Below, in pieces: positions 56,801 to 64,000 of a stretch of 64,000 nt of DNA. The stretch's first letter is position 1, and each line of letters opens with the position of its first letter. Position numbers and translations under genes: made by a program. The notes below the pieces were generated by a model, which was given only the letters and a program-made list of their open reading frames with translations, ran no database searches and was not told the origin of the DNA. This stretch comes from Mizuhopecten yessoensis. Its lineage: Eukaryota. Location of the stretch: NCBI RefSeq assembly GCF_002113885.1, contig NW_018404833.1, positions 463,235-527,234 on the forward strand, read 5' to 3'.

Positions 56801-59800
56801 TGTGAAAACATGAATTCTTTGATGATAATAATGGCACATGTGTTGATAGAAAATTCTGATACTTACAAATACAGCTTGGATTTAGCCAGAAGTATAATTA
56901 TATATATATAAATAAATGAAATAATTGACAGTACCATAGAGATAAGTAAAGGAAATATTTCATACCTGTATTTCTTAGATAAATTTGAGGAAACAAATTT
57001 GTTCCAAGTAAAAACTGAATGAAAAGAATATGTAAGATACACACTGAAAATGCTATAAATGTAAAATGAAAACTACATTTTGTAATTCTAAACAATTAAA
57101 TTAAATTAAACAAAAGAATGCTTTTTAATGCAGAAATGATGATAAAATGCTCTGATTATAATGAAAAACTTACCTTTTATCTTCAAGCTTGGCTAAATCT
57201 TCTTGATTATTCTGTTCCAACTCAAATCTGAAGCACATTTAAAATATTTTAAAATTGTTTTCGGAAAAAATAACGATACATTACGAAAGTGAACTCAAAA
57301 GTGATTTTTTTAGCTTTAATAAAAACATTCTCCGTCATCAAATATATTCACATTTAAATAACCAGGGTAAAACATCTTTAATGTACATATTTTTGGGTAA
57401 ATCTTAATCACTGTACAGTTTTAAAAGATAATTATGAATGAAATACAATGTATTAAATCTATAGGGAATCTTTTGTATAACAACAACATTTTACATTGAG
57501 TTTAAATGAGAAAGAACAACAAAAGTAAACAAATCAGTGATACCACATTAACTCCATCCATGTAATATGTTGAACACCTACCCTGCGGCCAGGAGGGAGA
57601 GGTTCTCAGAAGACTTATACAGGTCTGTCATGGAGTGACCCAGAAGGGATGTTCGGGAGAAACTCAATCCACACTAGAATTAAATAGAAAACAAAGTTAA
57701 AACAGTCAAAATTAATGTTTATTATGACCATAGCTTAAATAATTTGAATAAAAAAACACCTGAGTGGTGGCTTTAACATTGATATACAATGTTATACCCC
57801 CCTTTCCCCACTTTGACCTTTTAACCTTGACAGATGATCACCAAAATCTAAGCTAAGTTAGGGTTGTCCCCTGTAAGAAAGCAGTCACACCCAGTGTCCA
57901 TGCTGTCAGTTGCCAATGTAGCCACTGAATGTATGTAATTTAATTTGCCTTCAGTAATTCCAATCAGACTGCAAAACTGAAAACTCACTTCCTGTCCATC
58001 ATTACACATATCCTATCCATGATAATGGCATTGCTGCAACGCCAGAAAAAACATAGGAGTGGCACCGATGATGTAAGGAGTACTAAGTGTACTTACACTT
58101 TGACTTGGGACTGATGATGTAAGGAGTACTAAGTGTACTTACACTTTGACTTGGGACTGATGATGTAAGGAGTACTAAGTGTACTTACACTTTGACTTGG
58201 GACTGATGATGTAAGGAGTACTAAGTGTACTTACACTTTGACTTGGGACTGATGATGTAAGGAGTACTAAGTGTACTTACACTTTGACTTGGGACTGATG
58301 ATGTAAGGAGTACTAAGTGTACTTACACTTTGACTTGGGACTGATGATGTAAGGAGTACTAAGTGTACTTACACTTTGACTTGGGACTGATGATGTAAGG
58401 AGTACTAAGTGTACTTACACTTTGACTTGGGACTGATGATGTAAGGAGTACTAAGTGTACTTACACTTTGACTTGGGACTGATGATGTAAGGAGTACTAA
58501 GTGTACTTACACTTTGACTTGGGACTGATGATGTAAGGAGTACTAAGTGTACTTACACTTTGACTTGGGACTGATGATGTAAGGAGTACTAAGTGTACTT
58601 ACACTTTGACTTGGGACTGATGATGTAAGGAGTACTAAGTGTACTTACACTTTGACTTGGGACTGATGATGTAAGGAGTACTAAGTGTACTTACACTTTG
58701 ACTTGGGACTGATGATGTAAGGAGTACTAAGTGTACTTACACTTTGACTTGGGACTGATGATGTAAGGAGTACTAAGTGTACTTACACTTTGACTTGGGA
58801 CTGATGATGTAAGGAGTACTAAGTGTACTTACACTTTGACTTGGGACTGATGATGTAAGGAGTACTAAGTGTACTTACACTTTGACTTGGGACTGATGAT
58901 GTAAGGAGTACTAAGTGTACTTACACTTTGACTTGGGACTGATGATGTAAGGAGTACTAAGTGTACTTACACTTTGACTTGGGACTGATGATGTAAGGAG
59001 TACTAAGTGTACTTACACTTTGACTTGGGACTGATGATGTAAGGAGTACTAAGTGTACTTACACTTTGACTTGGGACTGATGATGTAAGGAGTACTAAGT
59101 GTACTTACACTTTGACTTGGGACTGATGATGTAAGGAGTACTAAGTGTACTTACACTTTGACTTGGGACTGATGATGTAAGGAGTACTAAGTGTACTTAC
59201 ACTTTGACTTGGGACTGATGATGTAAGGAGTACTAAGTGTACTTACACTTTGACTTGGGACTGATGATGTAAGGAGTACTAAGTGTACTTACACTTTGAC
59301 TTGGGACTGATGATGTAAGGAGTACTAAGTGTACTTACACTTTGACTTGGGACTGATGATGTAAGGAGTACTAAGTGTACTTACACTTTGACTTGGGACT
59401 GATGATGTAAGGAGTACTAAGTGTACTTACACTTTGACTTGGGACTGATGATGTAAGGAGTACTAAGTGTACTTACACTTTGACTTGGGACTGATGATGT
59501 AAGGAGTACTAAGTGTACTTACACTTTGACTTGGGACTGATGATGTAAGGAGTACTAAGTGTACTTACACTTTGACTTGGGACTGATGATGTAAGGAGTA
59601 CTAAGTGTACTTACACTTTGACTTGGGACTGATGATGTAAGGAGTACTAAGTGTACTTACACTTTGACTTGGGACTGATGATGTAAGGAGTACTAAGTGT
59701 ACTTACACTTTGACTTGGGACTGATGATGTAAGGAGTACTAAGTGTACTTACACTTTGACTTGGGACTGATGATGTAAGGAGTACTAAGTGTACTTACAC

Positions 59801-62800
59801 TTTGACTTGGGACTGATGATGTAAGGAGTACTAAGTGTACTTACACTTTGACTTGGGACTGATGATGTAAGGAGTACTAAGTGTACTTACACTTTGACTT
59901 GGGACTGATGATGTAAGGAGTACTAAGTGTACTTACACTTTGACTTGGGACTGATGATGTAAGGAGTACTAAGTGTACTTACACTTTGACTTGGGACTGA
60001 TGATGTAAGGAGTACTAAGTGTACTTACACTTTGACTTGGGACTGATGATGTAAGGAGTACTAAGTGTACTTACACTTTGACTTGGGACTGATGATGTAA
60101 GGAGTACTAAGTGTACTTACACTTTGACTTGGGACTGATGATGTAAGGAGTACTAAGTGTACTTACACTTTGACTTGGGACTGATGATGTAAGGAGTACT
60201 AAGTGTACTTACACTTTGACTTGGGACTGATGATGTAAGGAGTACTAAGTGTACTTACACTTTGACTTGGGACTGATGATGTAAGGAGTACTAAGTGTAC
60301 TTACACTTTGACTTGGGACTGATGATGTAAGGAGTACTAAGTGTACTTACACTTTGACTTGGGACTGATGATGTAAGGAGTACTAAGTGTACTTACACTT
60401 TGACTTGGGACTGATGATGTAAGGAGTACTAAGTGTACTTACACTTTGACTTGGGACTGATGATGTAAGGAGTACTAAGTGTACTTACACTTTGACTTGG
60501 GACTGATGATGTAAGGAGTACTAAGTGTACTTACACTTTGACTTGGGACTGATGATGTAAGGAGTACTAAGTGTACTTACACTTTGACTTGGCACTGATG
60601 ATGTAAGGAGTACTAAGTGTACTTACACTTTGACTTGGGACTGATGATGTAAGGAGTACTAAGTGTACTTTCCCTTTGACTTGGGACTGATGATGTAAGG
60701 AGTACTAAGTGTACTTACACTTTGACTTGGCACTGATGATGTAAGGTAGTACTAAGTGTACTTACACTTTGGAGTTCTTGTTTCATCTTAGCAGCCTCAG
60801 CAGGATGATTAAACCTGAACATGTTAGTCCTGCCAAGCAAAATCACAGCCCCTACAAAACATCAACATCACAGCCCCTTAAACAAAACATCAAAATCACG
60901 TCCCCTACAAAACATCAACATCACAGCCCCTTAAACAAAACATCAACATCACAGCAACTTTTAACAAAACATCAAAATCACAGCCCCTACAAAACATCAA
61001 CATCACAGCCCCTTAAACAAAACATCAAAATCACAGCCCCTACAAAACATCAGCATCACAGCCCCTTAAACAAAACATTAAAATCACAGCCCCTTTAACA
61101 AAACATCAAAATCACAGCCCCTACAAAACATCAACATCACAGCCCCTTAAACAAAACATCAACATCACAGCCCCTTAAACAAAACATCAACATCACAGCC
61201 CCTTAAACAAAACATCAAAATCACAGCCCCTTATTAAATTACAATGAAACTTGATAAAGAAGTCTTTAAAAACAAATTATCTAAAAAAGATAGGCGGCAC
61301 AGTAGTCTAGTGGTAGGATGCTGGATTTGTGACCGAAGGGTTGTCGGTTTGAGTCACAGCACAGCACAGCACTGTGTTGTATCTTTAAGCAAGATACTTT
61401 ACTACACTTGTTCCAGTCTACTCAGCTGTAAATGAGTTTGTGGTTGGGCAGTGCTATAATTGTTGAATGCTAGCTGTGAGCGCTAAAAATGGCAGCACCG
61501 GCTGTATGCTCCCAAGAGAGTTGAGAAAGATATTGGCTGATTGCAAAGGCCCTATAACCATGGATAATAATTTGTGAACCGCTTTGAGATGACCTAGTAA
61601 CTAGGTTGTGATGAAGCGGTATATAAGAACCTCAAATTATTATCATAAATTTCTACAACACATTCAAGCATCTTCATTACATTGCCATTAAAAGTGGTAG
61701 TTAACATACTTGAATGTATATATAAAGCAATGGACTTTAGTGATTATGATCATGATGTGGTAGGTGTAAATTATGATATTGTCACAGAACCTTACCTTGA
61801 GTAAGCTTGACTGGATCGGCGACCACTGAGCCGTTGATGGAGCACATGGCCCCCTGCAGTGGGTATAGAGTTACCTCCCCATCTTTATGGACAATCTCAC
61901 AGTGGTTCTCTTCGACATCTATCCCAGCTATCTCTGTGTTAAACATTAAATGTGTCATTTATCGAATGGTGTTAGACCAGGTATTAAAACTATTCAATAA
62001 GTTCTGATTTACTGCGACAAAGACTGCTACATAGTATGCTAACCATCCTTGCCATTGCAATAGATACATTTTTGCTAGAGATGCACTATCCTTTTAGAAT
62101 TCAGGTTAAAGCTGTAAATTTAAAATTGATCATTGATTAAAATCAAACCTGCTAAGCATCACTCCTACAAAATTAACTATGAACAGAATCTGTTTATGTC
62201 TTGACCAGTCTTAAATTCCAAAATTTAAAAGCTGATCACTTGATCTAAAGTGCGTATTGCAGAGTTATCTTCTCTTGTGAGCAGGTATCGATTGTAATAC
62301 GTCATTGGTTTGAGTGAGAAAATTACATCGTTTTCTCAAAAATTGATGACGTTACTCTCACAAACAAATGACGTAACAATCAATACCTGCTCACAAGAGC
62401 ATATAACTCTGCAATACGAAAAGACGGAATAGTCTTACAATGTCAGCCCATGTTTTAGTTCTAAACGTCTTTAGCAGAGGCCACATTGTAACCATCTTGG
62501 GTGTTGGATCAGGGAGATAATAGATTGCACATTTATGCATCAATACATCATATGGAGTTTCATTCGAATTTGGCAAGTAACTTTGGATACAAGTATCTGA
62601 TAAATTTATGGTGGAATAATGAATAAATTTAGAACAGAAACCATTTTCCTCAAGTTTGTTCACAGACTTTGTTTAACTAAAGAAATCCACAGAAACAACC
62701 GCAAGGGGACAACATATCAACTTCAAATTTAATTCATTTAATTTTTATAGTTCTAAAATAACTACATGTAGATGGGACTGATTCAAATACCCTCTGTGAA

Positions 62801-63259
62801 CCACATTAAAAACAATAAACTGGCAGTATGAGATATCTGATCCTTACCAATATCTGGCATCTCCTCCGAGTCCGGCCTTCCCACAATGGTACTTCCCTCC
62901 TGCAACCAAACATCCATAGCAATGGTACAAAAAGGGTTTTCAGATACTGATTCTAGATACTAAATGAACAATGAATTGAATATAAAATTCTGGAAAAGCT
63001 ACCAAATTCGTCAAATTGACAACGTTAATACATACAGAATAACAACAACTATTTTAGTGGTGATATCTGTTTCTGTTTTGTGAAGGAAGCAGGTATCGCC
63101 AGCTTAAATGCTGATTTTACATTAAGAGAGCTTGCTTACCTTTAGATGGTACAACATGATCCCTGTGCTGAGGATATCATCATCTATACCAATCAGGTGG
63201 GGAAGAGTAGAGTCCAACACCACACCGAGTCCCTCTTTACGTATGGCAAGTGTCTGGTC
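41730..63259 (-). CDS. KIF16B: Kinesin-3 KIF16B orthologue, 5'-partial (19 coding exons; FHA, coiled coil, C-terminal PX domain)
   Basis: Manually spliced exons, all GT-AG with consistent phases: 63140-63259, 62848-62899, 61796-61933, 60766-60851, 57582-57673, 57174-57227, 53675-53807, 52496-52588, 51690-51839, 50723-51531, 49788-49884, 48166-48311, 46339-46521, 45446-45506, 45132-45179, 43546-43665, 43035-43124, 42672-42752, 41730-41885. Peptides such as TLAIRKEGLGVVLDSTLPHLIGIDDDILSTGIMLYHLK, GAVILLGRTNMFRFNHP, RRYSRFR and FPPKKLF match the recalled KIF16B FHA and PX regions. An extra small exon in the coiled-coil region could have been missed. Confidence 0.93.
42672..42752 (-). CDS. KIF16B: KIF16B PX-domain exon 3
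   Basis: ttacag| INSLVFPPKKLFSRSEKVVAERQKQLE |gtatgt. Confidence 0.93.
43035..43124 (-). CDS. KIF16B: KIF16B PX-domain exon 2
   Basis: ttccag| VIIGDDSWTIYRRYSRFRQVHQDWKRKIPE |gtttgt; RRY phosphoinositide-binding motif. Confidence 0.93.
43546..43665 (-). CDS. KIF16B: KIF16B PX-domain exon 1
   Basis: cccag| IEPLGSSLTLSGDLNLLKVTIPTYRLQGYGSDHHYEYEVK |gtaaga. Confidence 0.9.
43700..44045 (-). mobile_element. tRNA-derived SINE, same family as 61292-61643, opposite orientation
   Basis: The reverse complement aligns by eye along the full length with the 61.3-kb copy. Confidence 0.8.
44663..44852. repeat. 11-bp minisatellite
   Basis: AATGTAAAGA(T/C). Confidence 0.85.
45132..45179 (-). CDS. KIF16B: KIF16B 48-nt linker micro-exon
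   Basis: tttcag| SSDTGQDGTGSPRRHS |gtaagt; symmetric phase 0. Confidence 0.65.
45446..45506 (-). CDS. KIF16B: KIF16B small linker exon
   Basis: tttcag| NGKPSKSANSSKSNPYASVM |gtgagt; this exon is needed to restore phase 2 to phase 0. Confidence 0.75.
46232..46317. mobile_element. Second copy of the TTAA MITE, nested in another MITE-like repeat (starting CAGTCAAACCTG near 46068)
   Basis: Internal sequence shared with 38841-38923. Confidence 0.65.
46339..46521 (-). CDS. KIF16B: KIF16B coiled-coil exon
   Basis: ttgtag| INALVEQEVKRRMFEEK...KARLEKI |gtacag; the INA.(I/V)E.EV.RR motif matches recalled KIF16B. Confidence 0.88.
46945..47975. repeat. 30-bp minisatellite (about 34 copies), intronic
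   Basis: ATTCTATACACCTATTGTCTACGAATAAAT. Confidence 0.95.
48166..48311 (-). CDS. KIF16B: KIF16B coiled-coil exon
   Basis: ctacag| EIEALRKEMEAGRSDLEEKQRRFEEERNAEMDKIEYEVLKLQEMERQER |gtacgt. Confidence 0.88.
48428..49215 (+). mobile_element. Crypton-like non-autonomous element containing a 60-bp x4 internal repeat (48945-49177)
   Basis: MARFADVKFGDLDKLLTTDKNSKT at 48777 resembles a Crypton ORF start; ends TTTTATACCTC / GGTATTATAAAA. Confidence 0.45.
49788..49884 (-). CDS. KIF16B: KIF16B coiled-coil exon
   Basis: LLMNKEATALCEAEENSGERLSEDARLERKMQ |gtaagt; the acceptor is a weak AAG. Confidence 0.72.
50723..51531 (-). CDS. KIF16B: KIF16B large coiled-coil exon (809 nt)
   Basis: E/K-rich ORF 50665-51507; ttgtag acceptor and gtatat donor; phase 0 in, phase 2 out. 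Confidence 0.9.
51690..51839 (-). CDS. KIF16B: KIF16B coiled-coil exon
   Basis: aacag| ESEKIRRQHEEQTSQLQALVSRRAELDKLKADTEVEVTAKVKDLMCQKSQ |gtaagt. Confidence 0.85.
52496..52588 (-). CDS. KIF16B: KIF16B coiled-coil exon
   Basis: ttccag| EISIGEKLKILEEKEQFITQQAAAKTQNLDQ |gtatat. Confidence 0.8.
53675..53807 (-). CDS. KIF16B: KIF16B coiled-coil exon
   Basis: ttgtag| LQIGRLEKRHMKADEDRDEAQDSLEKYVQEKQDQLLMMQEQFDE |gtagaa; lies inside ORF 53597-53944. Confidence 0.8.
54140..54258. repeat. About 21-bp minisatellite
   Basis: CAAAATGGTAACAAAATGTTT. Confidence 0.75.
57174..57227 (-). CDS. KIF16B: KIF16B exon
   Basis: ttcag| FELEQNNQEDLAKLEDKR |gtaagt; phase 2 at both ends. Confidence 0.85.
57582..57673 (-). 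CDS. KIF16B: KIF16B exon
   Basis: ttctag| CGLSFSRTSLLGHSMTDLYKSSENLSLLAAG |gtaggt; SMTDL..S.ENLS motif. Confidence 0.88.
58061..60770. repeat. 46-bp tandem array (about 59 copies, nearly identical) built from the KIF16B exon/intron donor junction
   Basis: Unit GACTGATGATGTAAGGAGTACTAAGTGTACTTACACTTTGACTTGG; same register at 58201 and 59581 (1380 = 30 x 46). Confidence 0.97.
60766..60851 (-). CDS. KIF16B: KIF16B exon (FHA end), flanked on both sides by splice-site repeats
   Basis: ttgtag| GAVILLGRTNMFRFNHPAEAAKMKQELQS |gtaagt. Confidence 0.92.
60838..61235. repeat. 25/28-bp tandem array (about 15 units) built from the KIF16B acceptor junction
   Basis: Units ATCACAGCCCCTACAAAACATCAAC and ATCACAGCCCCTTAAACAAAACATCAAA. 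Confidence 0.93.
61292..61643 (+). mobile_element. tRNA-derived SINE (Nin/Deu-like core, LINE-like tail)
   Basis: A-box-like TAGTCTAGTGG and B-box-like GGTTTGAGTC; core GGCAGCACCGGCTGTATGCTCCC; tail GCGGTATATAAGAACC..TTATTAT; a second copy at 43700-44045. Confidence 0.8.
61796..61933 (-). CDS. KIF16B: KIF16B exon (FHA)
   Basis: cacag| EIAGIDVEENHCEIVHKDGEVTLYPLQGAMCSINGSVVADPVKLTQG |gtaagg. Confidence 0.93.
62253..62418. mobile_element. Palindromic MITE (about 165-bp foldback)
   Basis: CGTATTGCAGAGTTAT..CTCTTGTGAGCAGGTAT.GATTG mirrored by CAATCAATACCTGCTCACAAGAG..ATAACTCTGCAATACG. Confidence 0.75.
62848..62899 (-). CDS. KIF16B: KIF16B exon (FHA start)
   Basis: gcag| EGSTIVGRPDSEEMPDI |gtaagg; carries the FHA G-R motif. 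Confidence 0.92.
63140..63259 (-). CDS. KIF16B: KIF16B exon (pre-FHA)
   Basis: ctttag| DQTLAIRKEGLGVVLDSTLPHLIGIDDDILSTGIMLYHLK |gtaagc. Confidence 0.95.
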
Positions 63260-64000
63260 CTAAAGTCATAAAGAAATAGAAATATCGTCAAAATTTGTGT
63301 ATAGTGCACACTTTTTTAAAGGAAAAATGAAAGTGTCAAGAAAGGGGTGTGCACTATATCCACAAGAACAATCCAAAACCAGTCCTCGGTCGCAACCATT
63401 TATCGTGAATTTTTCCAGGATTTTCGGAAATGTTTTTAAATATGCTTCCAAAGTGAGGTGCTTCCATATACTAATTATAATTAAATTCATAATTATGAGG
63501 GAATGATGTGTGCACAATGTACATATCAAGTGTAAACAATAGATACTCTGGCAATACCAGGTAATGGCTTGCACTTATCTGGGTGCATATGATAGACAAA
63601 AGATAGCGAAAGCAGCAATCGTGGTGGATGTAAATTTCAGAATGGCTTACAGTTCAATTTCACTTTTAAACATATAAGCCTTAAAATATGTTACCATATT
63701 TTATCTAGATCTATAAGCTTTAATACCTCTCTCTATATAAATGTTACTTTTTTGTTTTGACACATGTACTAAACATATCAGATGTTTACAAACTGAATTA
63801 CATTGTATTCAATTCACATGAAAATTCTTCTCACACTACCGGAGTATATACAATTCAATTGAGTACACTAATCAAACTGCTTATTGTGATATTTCTTCAT
63901 TCATCAATTCCTGGAAAAAACTTAAGTTTTATAAGACCAACTTCAGGGTTGTGTTGAAACTTTAAAAATATTTTAATATATATAATGTATTCATTTTATA

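Noticed and set aside
58061-60770. CRISPR array or C/D-box snoRNA cluster (TGATGA and CTGA in each unit)
   Set aside because: There are no variable spacers and the context is eukaryotic. The C/D-like motifs overlap and lie antisense to the host gene. The unit is explained by the splice junction.
61292-61365. tRNA gene
   Set aside because: Degenerate A/B boxes form the head of a SINE; no intact cloverleaf.

Overview
AT-rich, intron-containing animal genomic DNA. The repeat families (Helentron/CvA-like, Crypton-like, Meta/Nin-type SINEs, CR1) suggest a bivalve mollusc; this is an inference. Three protein-coding genes can be reconstructed by hand. (1) A spliced 102-aa secreted six-cysteine precursor resembling eclosion hormone (+, 18364-18522 joined to 19649-19798), which the ORF track misses because it is split. 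(2) An intronless achaete-scute-b (ASCL3/5-like) bHLH gene (+, 30384-31067). (3) The 3' part of the kinesin-3 gene KIF16B (-, 19 coding exons, 63259 down to 41730: FHA domain, coiled coil, PX domain; the motor domain lies beyond the window). The most unusual structure is one 86-nt KIF16B exon (60766-60851) whose own splice sites are tandemly amplified on both sides: about 59 near-identical 46-bp copies of the donor and about 15 copies of the acceptor. The rest is satellites, MITEs, LINE/SINE remnants and one assembly gap. Most short ORFs in the track are spurious. All homology calls are from recalled family sequences, not from searches.
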